A stretch of 32,000 nt of DNA from the NCBI GenBank assembly GCA_016700135.1, contig CP065004.1:1380001-1412000 (forward strand), read 5' to 3'. The notes under the pieces are model-generated. The model was not told where the DNA came from. It made no database searches and worked only from the letters and a program-made list of their open reading frames with translations. The first letter of the stretch is position 1. Every line of letters begins with the position of its first letter. This DNA comes from Candidatus Saccharimonadota bacterium (GTDB lineage: Bacteria > Patescibacteriota > Microgenomatia > UBA1406 > GWC2-37-13). The position numbers and the translations under genes are program-made. This document shows, one piece after another, positions 24,322-32,000 of the stretch.

Positions 24322-24783
24322 TTATTCCAGAGTAAACTCCTGTTCAAGCATACGTTTACCGTATGAACCTTCAAAAACGAAGTTTCCGCTTACCGGCCCG
24401 TCAATTTCATGATATCGGCATACTCCTGATGAACAGGTACCGAATGTCACTTCTTCCTCAGCTTCAGAGCCTTCAACTTGTATAAGTCCGATTGCTCCTT
24501 CCATACTTCCGCTTTTTGTGTTGTATGAAAGCTCATATTCGATTGTTTCCGTCCCGTCCGGGATTCCTTCAATCGTGACAACGGCATCAGTTGTTCCTTT
24601 GATGGAAACCTTAACTGAAGCGTCTACTGTCGGTATCACTTCTTCCGGTTCTTCAAAAACCGATTCCTTTTCCTCTGCTTTTTGCGGAGAATTATTTCTA
24701 TTCATTAAAAATATTCCTCCTGCCACTATAAGTACGAGAACGACAGCACCGATTATATAATATTTTTTCGAAATAGTATCCAT
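24322..24783 (-). CDS. Hypothetical membrane-anchored protein (153 aa)
   Basis: N-terminal TM (YYIIGAVVLVLIVAGGIFL), an acidic linker, then a beta-rich domain with a CSSGVC pair. No family recognised. Confidence 0.65.
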   Translation of the reverse strand: MDTISKKYYIIGAVVLVLIVAGGIFLMNRNNSPQKAEEKESVFEEPEEVIPTVDASVKVSIKGTTDAVVTIEGIPDGTETIEYELSYNTKSGSMEGAIGLIQVEGSEAEEEVTFGTCSSGVCRYHEIDGPVSGNFVFEGSYGKRMLEQEFTLE

Positions 24784-24816
24784 GATTTACAAAAAAATTT
24801 ATAATGATGCAGTGGG

Positions 24817-26226
24817 CTATAAGCCCATCGGCCTTTGGCCGAATAGATGATCTCTCAGATAAGCAAGAAGAGAGTCTGTCGGAACCCGCTCCTGCTGCAT
24901 TGTATCTCTATTGCGAATAGTAACAGTATGGTCTGTCAGAGAATCATAGTCAACCGTAACACAGTAAGGTGTTCCGATCTCATCCTGGTATCGATATCTC
25001 TTTCCGATGTTCCCCCGATCATCCCAGTAGGTCGGGTATTCCGCTGAAAGTAATGCAAATACTTCATCGGCTTTCGAAACCAGATCTTCTTTGTTGGCAA
25101 CAAGCGGGAACACAGCAACCGTAAACGGAGCAAGTTCAGGTTTCAGTCTCAGAACCGTTCTGTTTTCTTCTTCAGTATAGGCATCTGAAAGAACCATAAA
25201 CAGCGCCCTGTTGAGGCCGATCGCCGGCTCGATCACATGAGGAATATATTTTTCCTGGGTATGAGGATCGGTATATCTGAGATCCTGACCCGAGAATTCC
25301 ATGTGCTGCTTCAGATCATAATCAGTACGATAAGCCACTCCCCACAGTTCCTTCCATCCGAACGGAAACTGATAGTCCAGATCGTAGGTATCACGGCTAT
25401 AATGGCTTCGTTCTTTATCGGTATGCTGTCTCCAGCGGAGGTTTTCTTTTCGGATACCCAGATCTTCCGTGATAAATGACCACATGTCATTTTTCCAGTT
25501 TTCCATCAGTTGGTGCCAATCCTGCTTTTCAGGATTAAAAAAATATTCGATTTCGGCCTGCTCGAATTCAAATGTCCGGAAAATATACTGTCCTAATGTA
25601 ATCTCATTGCGAAAACTTTTCCCGATCTGACCGATCCCGAACGGAATTTTTACCCGTGTAGTATCCAGTATGTTTTTAAAATTACTGAAAATTCCCTGTG
25701 CGGTTTCCCCCCGTAGGTATGCCGTATCCTTCTGTCCGACAAGCGTCCCCAAATGGGTCTCCATCAGAAGATTGAATTTTTTCGGGGCAGTTAGAGGATT
25801 CCCTTCCGGACTTTTGACGTCCTGTTTTTTGATAAACTCCGCCATTTCGTCTACAGTCATATCTTCGACAACAAGGTTTCCGTACTCCGCTTTTCCCCGT
25901 ATCCAATCTTCAATGAGGTGATCCGCCCGATATCTTTTTTGAGTGACGGTGTCCTCAACTACGGCATCACTGAAACTCCCGACGTGCCCTGATGCTTCCC
26001 AGGTGCGCGGATGCAGAATGATCTGTGAATCTATTCCGATCATATCCCGCCGTTTGTGAATAAATTTTTTCCACCAGACATTACGGATATTCCGGAGAAG
26101 TTCTACTCCGAGAGGACCGTAATCATACGCATTCGCAAGCCCGCCGTAGATCTCAGATGAGGGATATATAAAACCGCGTCGCTTGGTAAGCGATACTATT
26201 TTGTCGAGAGAAACAGATGTATTCAT
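24817..26226 (-). CDS. glyQS: Glycine--tRNA ligase (homodimeric class II form)
   Basis: 469 aa with the N-terminus KRRGFIYPSSEIYGGLANAYDYGPLGVELLRNI and class II aaRS motifs. Confidence 0.95.
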   Translation of the reverse strand: MNTSVSLDKIVSLTKRRGFIYPSSEIYGGLANAYDYGPLGVELLRNIRNVWWKKFIHKRRDMIGIDSQIILHPRTWEASGHVGSFSDAVVEDTVTQKRYRADHLIEDWIRGKAEYGNLVVEDMTVDEMAEFIKKQDVKSPEGNPLTAPKKFNLLMETHLGTLVGQKDTAYLRGETAQGIFSNFKNILDTTRVKIPFGIGQIGKSFRNEITLGQYIFRTFEFEQAEIEYFFNPEKQDWHQLMENWKNDMWSFITEDLGIRKENLRWRQHTDKERSHYSRDTYDLDYQFPFGWKELWGVAYRTDYDLKQHMEFSGQDLRYTDPHTQEKYIPHVIEPAIGLNRALFMVLSDAYTEEENRTVLRLKPELAPFTVAVFPLVANKEDLVSKADEVFALLSAEYPTYWDDRGNIGKRYRYQDEIGTPYCVTVDYDSLTDHTVTIRNRDTMQQERVPTDSLLAYLRDHLFGQRPMGL

Positions 26227-26277
26227 ATATTCAATAATAATGTTGCGGGTAAACGAAATCGCTTCCCAATACTATAT

Positions 26278-26805
26278 TCAGCTTATTATAACATGCCTTG
26301 GCAACTTATATCCAATAGTCTCTTCAGCAATTGAAATAAGCTCCGGAAGGGACATTTTGTCATGCACGTACCCGAGAAGTGCGAGGGTTTCCTGGAGAGA
26401 GACATGAAGCACGCTCTGAGGATTATTTCCTTTTGACAATTTGACAAAAAATCGTTTCAGAATGGTATAAATCTCGACTTCCTGTTCTCCTTCAGGAAGA
26501 AGGGCGTCAATAACGGCAAGAAACATATAGATATGATCGATATATTTTTCTGTTCTCAGCTGCAGAAAACCGGATATCAGATCCGTAGATTGCAGATACA
26601 TACGGTCATTTGAGACGCTTACCTGAGCGGTAATGAGGTTTCCTGATTGCAAGTGAGCTGCACGTCTGGAAGTGAACTTACGCGCTCCTTTCGCAAAAAG
26701 TGCCAGCTTCCCTTCTTCTTTCGTGAAGATGGTAATAAACAAATCTTTATCCAAAAGGATTTTCCGTTTCAGAACAAAGCCTTCCAGTTTTTTAAGTGTC
26801 GGCAT
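26278..26805 (-). CDS. recO: DNA repair protein RecO (short form)
   Basis: 175 aa with an N-terminal OB-fold pattern (LEGFVLKRKILLDKDLFITIFTKEEGKLALFAKGARK). Confidence 0.75.
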   Translation of the reverse strand: MPTLKKLEGFVLKRKILLDKDLFITIFTKEEGKLALFAKGARKFTSRRAAHLQSGNLITAQVSVSNDRMYLQSTDLISGFLQLRTEKYIDHIYMFLAVIDALLPEGEQEVEIYTILKRFFVKLSKGNNPQSVLHVSLQETLALLGYVHDKMSLPELISIAEETIGYKLPRHVIIS

Positions 26806-26823
26806 ACAGTTTCTGGCTCACAT

Positions 26824-28719
26824 TCAATTCTTGACTTCGGTATCAACCTTGAAAGGACCGTTAAACAGTTCTTTACCTTCGACTTCTACTGAAAGTTCCT
26901 GATTTTCAACCCCTGCCTGCTTTTGTACATACAGGTGATAATTGTCTTTCGTGATAGAAGACGGTAAGGTATATTCTACGGTTACTTCTGCAACGCCCTT
27001 CGGATCGACGGTCATAAAGCCCTCATAAACTGTTTTACCGAGTTCATCATATGTCAGCGTTTTTGTCTTTGATCCCTTGAATGAAACAAGTTTTGATCCT
27101 TCAGGCACGTAGAAACGTATCCAGTTTCTTAGAGTTGCATTCAGACAAAGACCTCCCCGTTCCAGATTACAGTCTGAGTGCGGATGAGGATTCTTGAATT
27201 TGATGGTAACAGTTCTCTTTACGGTATCACCCTCAAAAATTGTTTCAGACGTGACTTCCTCGTCAATAAACATGTTGGATTTTGCACCGGCAAAATTCAC
27301 GTTGTTGATATGGAGATAATCGCCTTCCGTCTCCTTGATTCTCCCTGCATAATTCATTTTTTCGACTGCTGCCTGTGTGTCAGGATCCGTGAAGTATAAA
27401 AGGATGTGCTTTTCATCCAAATCCTGGAACATTGCCTGTGCCATCTGACCCCAGTATTTTGAAGGGGAGAAGCCGATCGCCTTGTAAAAAAGTTCCAGCA
27501 TCAGATTTCCCAGAATTCGTTTTCTGTCAACCTTGACATAATTTACCGGCCGGTCGACGATATCAAAAAGTGAATAAATCACCTGCGGACAATCACATCT
27601 CGGATCGGTTTTGGCTGAAAAATTGATGCCGTTTACCTGGGTATCGCCGAAAATCTCAAGCATATCCACCAGTACCTTTGAATCCATAGCAATAATTCCG
27701 TCATACTCAACTTTTCTCCCGGACTTCTGATACAGCGAGTCAAACAGCTTGATGGACTCTGCAAAATCAGGAGACAGATTGCTGTCACGAAGATAAAATT
27801 TGGTTACGTCTTTGTGATATGTCCGGATTTTTTCAGGAGCTGCGGGATGATTGGCAATACTGTTGTCCAGATCATAAATATCACTTGAATCTTTAATTGA
27901 AAGTTTTCCTTTATTGATATTAAATACGGCAAAGAAGGTATAAAACCCTCCTGTAGCACGCCGTTCAGCAGTATTCTGAAAGAGGATCAGATAGTTTTTC
28001 TCTTCTTCTGCTCCTAAAATCGAAGGAAGCTGCTTCAGGAGAGGCTGAGCATCTACAAATAGTGTCGCCATACCCTGGAATTGTCCTTTCATTTCAGTAA
28101 TATTCGATCTGACCTCATATTTTCCGAGCTTTTCAGGGTATCTGTTCGGGTCAATCATCTCAATCCGTTTTTCCGCTTCCTCAATATTTTTTGCTACAAC
28201 ATCAATACGGGCAAGCATCTTATCAAGGGTGACAACAGCGGTTTGCAGTCTTTCTTCCGCACTCTTTTCATAAAAATTCTGTTCCCCCTGCTTGAAGCCG
28301 ATCAGATCCGCATACGGATAGATTGCCTCGACTGATTCTTTTCCTGCTTCAAGGGTATACCTCCCCGCTTCGATCCCGTGTTTATAATCACTGACATACG
28401 GCACAAACGATGCCCAATAAATCTGTTTAGATTCCTGTTCAAGACCGGCATACTTATCCGAAAGTGAGTTCATGCGGTTTTTTATGAGATCAATATCGTT
28501 TGATTTAACATCACTTTTCAGAAGTTCCGCTTCGGCCATTACTTCCATTCCCTTTGCCTTAATCTTCATGGCAGGAGTATAGACAAATATGTATCCGAGG
28601 ATTCCCAAAAGGACAAAGACTCCGAGAACACCCAGCAGTGCAGAAATAATGATTTTTTTCTTTTTTCTTGAAGGCCCTTTTGCCGTATTTGGTTTATTAG
28701 GACGCAATAAATTTTTCAT
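26824..28719 (-). CDS. DUF4012 domain-containing membrane protein
   Basis: 631 aa with an N-terminal TM and the core LILFQNTAERRATGGFYTFFAVFNINKGKLSIKDSSDIYDLD, which matches my recollection of the DUF4012 signature (FQNxAExRxTGGF). Confidence 0.75.
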   Translation of the reverse strand: MKNLLRPNKPNTAKGPSRKKKKIIISALLGVLGVFVLLGILGYIFVYTPAMKIKAKGMEVMAEAELLKSDVKSNDIDLIKNRMNSLSDKYAGLEQESKQIYWASFVPYVSDYKHGIEAGRYTLEAGKESVEAIYPYADLIGFKQGEQNFYEKSAEERLQTAVVTLDKMLARIDVVAKNIEEAEKRIEMIDPNRYPEKLGKYEVRSNITEMKGQFQGMATLFVDAQPLLKQLPSILGAEEEKNYLILFQNTAERRATGGFYTFFAVFNINKGKLSIKDSSDIYDLDNSIANHPAAPEKIRTYHKDVTKFYLRDSNLSPDFAESIKLFDSLYQKSGRKVEYDGIIAMDSKVLVDMLEIFGDTQVNGINFSAKTDPRCDCPQVIYSLFDIVDRPVNYVKVDRKRILGNLMLELFYKAIGFSPSKYWGQMAQAMFQDLDEKHILLYFTDPDTQAAVEKMNYAGRIKETEGDYLHINNVNFAGAKSNMFIDEEVTSETIFEGDTVKRTVTIKFKNPHPHSDCNLERGGLCLNATLRNWIRFYVPEGSKLVSFKGSKTKTLTYDELGKTVYEGFMTVDPKGVAEVTVEYTLPSSITKDNYHLYVQKQAGVENQELSVEVEGKELFNGPFKVDTEVKN

Positions 28720-28728
28720 AAGATATAA

Positions 28729-28758
28729 AGTATAACAAAAAAAGATACTACCTGTCTA
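28729..28758 (-). promoter_or_regulatory. Candidate promoter of the DUF4012 gene (extended -10), close to the start codon
   Basis: Minus strand: TAGACA (28758-28753), 18-nt spacer ending in TGT, TATACT (28734-28729). Only 9 nt lie between the -10 and the ATG at 28719. Confidence 0.45.
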
Positions 28759-28777
28759 AGGCAGCATAATAATTGTA

Positions 28778-29449
28778 TCATACGGCTCCTTTGCCCGTCA
28801 GCATGACATACGGAGTCTTGAGGATGATGATGATATCATTTTTCAGAGAAATCTGATCGACATACTTTGCATCAATGATAATGCGCTCATCGAAGTTGAT
28901 TTCAGAGCGCCCTGATACCTGCCATAATCCGGTAATTCCGGGTTTTGCCAGCAGTACTTTGCTTACAAGCTTGCGTGCGTGTGGATACTCCTGCTGCTGA
29001 TTTTCCAGCTCGTCCGGATAATATGCCCGGGGACCAACCAGACTCATATCGCCTTTCAGGACATTCAGTACCTGCGGCAGTTCATCGAGTGAATGCTTTC
29101 TGATAAACTTTCCGACTTTTGTAATGCGGGGATCATTCAGCAGTTTATAACTGCCTTTTTTATACTCTTCATACAGTTCCTTAAACTCAGGATCATTCCG
29201 GAGCATCTGATGTGCATTCTGGATCATCGAGCGGAATTTGTACATCTTGAAGGTCCTCCCCGACTGTCCGATGCGTTCGGGGACATCGGCGAATATCGGA
29301 CCGGGAGAGGTAATTTTGATCAAAACAGCCACAATTACGGACGGAATAAAAAATATCACACACAAGATCAATGATAAGACGATATCCATGAGCCGTTTCG
29401 TATACCGTTGGTACATTGTTCCTGCGATCAGTGAGGTTCGTTCTGCCAT
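28778..29449 (-). CDS. Polyprenyl-phosphate sugar phosphotransferase (bacterial sugar transferase family)
   Basis: N-terminal TM and the hallmark [21 protein letters not shown] ... [12 protein letters not shown]. Confidence 0.88.
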   Translation of the reverse strand: MAERTSLIAGTMYQRYTKRLMDIVLSLILCVIFFIPSVIVAVLIKITSPGPIFADVPERIGQSGRTFKMYKFRSMIQNAHQMLRNDPEFKELYEEYKKGSYKLLNDPRITKVGKFIRKHSLDELPQVLNVLKGDMSLVGPRAYYPDELENQQQEYPHARKLVSKVLLAKPGITGLWQVSGRSEINFDERIIIDAKYVDQISLKNDIIIILKTPYVMLTGKGAV

Positions 29450-29454
29450 GGAGT

Positions 29455-30540
29455 TTAGGTAAGTTTCTCGTTTTCAGTACCCTGAAAACTTTCCACTAAC
29501 TTTTTAATTTCTTTGACTGCTTTCTTGTCTGCCACCAGCAGTACATCATCAGTATTCACGACGAGAAGTTCTTTGACATTGACGCCGACAATAAGCTTTT
29601 TATCTTCATAATTGTACACCAGGCTGTCCTGTGACTCCTCAAGCAGAACCCGGCCTTTGATAATATTGTCTTCCCGATGCTGCTCTAATGCTTCTTTCAG
29701 CGCTTCCCACGCTCCGACATCACTCCAACCGATGTCTTCCACCACAACATAGGCACAATCTTTTTCAATTTTCTCAAGAACGGCGTTATCAAAACTGATC
29801 TCAGGCATTTCCTGATAATGCTTCATCAGTTTTTCAGAAAATTTCTCGTAATCCTCTGCCTCAACGATTTTTTCAGTAACGTCATAAATCTCTTTTGCAT
29901 GCTGGCGGAAAAGAGAATACATGAATTTCGGTGTAGTGACAAAATATCCCAAATTCCAGCAATAGTGCTTGTTATCAAAATATTTTTGAGCAGTCTCACT
30001 GTCCGGTCGATACTTAAATTCTTCAAACTGTTTAAATTCTATATCGTCAATGTCCATTATCTTTTTACCCGTTTGTATCCAACCGAGATTGTCCGAAGCA
30101 AAGCGCGGCTTCTGACCGATAAAAACAATGCAGTTTTTCTTTTCAGCCACAAACTTCCCTGATTTCAGAACAATATCTTTGAATAAATTGATTTTGTTTA
30201 CTAAATGATCGCTCCAGAGTATTACTACCGGTTCATCGGGAAATTTTTTTGCAAGGTAACCCATAACAAGAGCAACAGCCGGCCCTACATCCCGTTTAGC
30301 CGGTTCGGCAATAATGTTTTCAACAGGCACAAAAGGAAGTTGCTCCTGAACCATTTTGATATAGTCTTTTCCGGTCGAAATAAAAATATCCTCGGCTGCA
30401 AACTCAGGAAGAAGACGTTCCGCAGCTAGCTGGAGAGTTGATTTGTCGCCAACAACTTTTTCGAACTGTTTCGGTGACTTCTTACGGGAGAGGGGCCAAA
30501 GGCGTGTTCCTACACCGCCTGCGAAGATAACTGCTTTCAT
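29455..30540 (-). CDS. Mannose-1-phosphate guanylyltransferase-like nucleotidyltransferase
   Basis: N-terminal FAGGVGTRLWPLSRKKSPKQF signature of the ManC/CpsB family. 361 aa. Confidence 0.82.
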   Translation of the reverse strand: MKAVIFAGGVGTRLWPLSRKKSPKQFEKVVGDKSTLQLAAERLLPEFAAEDIFISTGKDYIKMVQEQLPFVPVENIIAEPAKRDVGPAVALVMGYLAKKFPDEPVVILWSDHLVNKINLFKDIVLKSGKFVAEKKNCIVFIGQKPRFASDNLGWIQTGKKIMDIDDIEFKQFEEFKYRPDSETAQKYFDNKHYCWNLGYFVTTPKFMYSLFRQHAKEIYDVTEKIVEAEDYEKFSEKLMKHYQEMPEISFDNAVLEKIEKDCAYVVVEDIGWSDVGAWEALKEALEQHREDNIIKGRVLLEESQDSLVYNYEDKKLIVGVNVKELLVVNTDDVLLVADKKAVKEIKKLVESFQGTENEKLT

Positions 30541-30563
30541 AGGGTACTTTAATAATGTATAAC

Positions 30564-31643
30564 TTACTTTTTGGAAATGATCTCATGAAGTTTGTAAATA
30601 AAGGTTTCTTTCGCAAACTTCCTGGCGATACCTTTCGTGTCAACTAAATTGTACGTGTCGCGCTTGAAATCTGCAACCGCTTCTCTTACGGATGAGACAT
30701 TCTGGGAATCGAAAAGACACCCTGTTTTACCGTCTTCTATCAGTTCCGCTACTCCTCCCGTCCGATAAGAGATGACGGGACAGCCGAAATACTGTGCTTC
30801 CACCGAGACATATCCGAAATCCTCTTCCTGAGGCATGATAAGAGCTTCGGCATTACGATATAACGACCTGAGTTTTATATCGGAAACATTCTCAAGGAAC
30901 GTCGTATTTTTTGAAGCTATATGCTGCAATGACTTTTTTTGTGATCCTCTCCCGACTACCACCAGATCGTAGTTCTGTAACTGCGTAAATGCCTTTACGA
31001 CAAGATCTACCTTCTTATACGATTCAAGGCGCGATACCGTCAAAAAATAAGGCCTCTCGGGCCTTTCAACCGTTTCTTCAATAGCGTCCCAGTGCTCAGT
31101 ATCAAAGGGCGGATACACCACATCGCTGTCTCTTTTGTAATACGTACGACATCGTTCGGCAACATGCTGAGAAATGGATATGATCCGGTCAGGTCTTTGG
31201 GCTGCTACGAAATCCCATTTGCGCAGTTTTGAGAGGAATGGTACTGCCCAGCTTGAAGATACATACTGTTCGGTCATCCCCCACAGCCACCTGGTCGGTG
31301 TAAGAAGAATACAGATATGCTTTGTCTCGGGTCGTGTAATGACTCCTTTGGCAAAAGAAGATGTAACGGAAATTACCAGATCATACTTAGATAAGTCGAA
31401 GCTTTCGAATGCATACGGAAGTAAAAAAAGAGAAAATATGCGGCTTCTCCGTAAAAAATCCGGAAACTTCTGCAGGAAAGAAGGATAGACTTCCCCGCTT
31501 AGGTATTTTGTCCAGGAAGCATTCTCACGATCAATATATGAGGTATACCAATCAGCATCGGGAAACTCTTCATTCAGGGTCAAAAGAAGGCGTTCCACCC
31601 CGCCCCATTTATCCATCCAGTCATATATGATTGCTGTTTTCAT
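30564..31643 (-). CDS. Glycosyltransferase (GT-B fold, GT4/Glycos_transf_1 type)
   Basis: C-terminal EDFGYVSVEAQYFGCPVISYRTGGVAELIEDGKTG, a typical GT1-domain E-x7-E region. Confidence 0.85.
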   Translation of the reverse strand: MKTAIIYDWMDKWGGVERLLLTLNEEFPDADWYTSYIDRENASWTKYLSGEVYPSFLQKFPDFLRRSRIFSLFLLPYAFESFDLSKYDLVISVTSSFAKGVITRPETKHICILLTPTRWLWGMTEQYVSSSWAVPFLSKLRKWDFVAAQRPDRIISISQHVAERCRTYYKRDSDVVYPPFDTEHWDAIEETVERPERPYFLTVSRLESYKKVDLVVKAFTQLQNYDLVVVGRGSQKKSLQHIASKNTTFLENVSDIKLRSLYRNAEALIMPQEEDFGYVSVEAQYFGCPVISYRTGGVAELIEDGKTGCLFDSQNVSSVREAVADFKRDTYNLVDTKGIARKFAKETFIYKLHEIISKK

Positions 31644-32000
31644 TTTGTCAATAATTCTGAGTATACCTCTACTGTCCTTTTTGCCATCTGCTTAAAAGAA
31701 AAGTCATTAGGTAATGCTGCACTCTTGTACGTTTTGAGTTTCAGTTTAGAAGCAATATCATTCACATCATAGGGATTGAAGGCTGTGTAGTTCTCACCTA
31801 GTAATTCTTTGAACACCGGAATATCTGACGCAATCACCGGACAACCGAAATACGTTGCCTCAACAAGCGGCAGACCGAACCCTTCAGACAGTGACGGGTT
31901 TATAAGAGCTTTCGCATGCTTGTACAAATAGACAAGATCACCGTTTGATGTATCATGGATAAATCGAATGGAATTCATTCCCTCCAGCTCAATAATACCC
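31640..32000 (-). CDS. Glycosyltransferase, C-terminal part (gene continues beyond the window end)
   Basis: SLSEGFGLPLVEATYFGCPVIASDIPVFKELLGE is the GT1-domain motif. The frame stays open upstream of the track's first Met through position 32000. ATGA overlap with the next gene. Confidence 0.8.
   Translation of the reverse strand, partial: GIIELEGMNSIRFIHDTSNGDLVYLYKHAKALINPSLSEGFGLPLVEATYFGCPVIASDIPVFKELLGENYTAFNPYDVNDIASKLKLKTYKSAALPNDFSFKQMAKRTVEVYSELLTK

Overview
All credible genes in this 32-kb window are on the minus strand and tightly packed, with many ATGA/TAATG start-stop overlaps. Read in the direction of transcription (high to low coordinates), the window contains: (1) a cell-envelope glycan cluster at 32000-26824 (two GT1-type glycosyltransferases, mannose-1-P guanylyltransferase, a polyprenyl-phosphate sugar transferase, a DUF4012 protein). 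(2) recO, glycyl-tRNA synthetase and a small membrane protein. (3) rpsT translationally coupled to PilN-like and PilO-like genes, a 60-aa membrane protein and a 452-aa surface protein. (4) An 11-gene aromatic amino acid operon at 21357-12199 (DAHP-synthase-like, chorismate mutase, tyrA, pheA, aroB, aroA, aroK, DUF1653, aroE, aroD, aroC). (5) Directly after it, a branched-chain amino acid operon at 12189-271 (ilvE, ilvB, ilvN, leuA, ilvA, ilvD, ridA, ilvC, leuC, leuD). Two things stand out. First, each operon is preceded by a sigma70-like promoter, a short leader peptide (FYFYFYF for aro, ALIVLLI for ilv) and a GC-rich terminator with an alternative antiterminator pairing, which is the layout of ribosome-mediated attenuation. 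Second, every larger intercistronic gap in both operons holds a ~90-nt nested-palindrome element. Three copies are near-identical and two are diverged, and the copies differ by compensatory stem changes. Two further elements have the same size and architecture but unrelated sequence. I cannot match these elements to any RNA or mobile-element family I know. No tRNA, rRNA, CRISPR array, transposase or obvious defence gene was seen. Shine-Dalgarno motifs are essentially absent except for a perfect one at rpsT.
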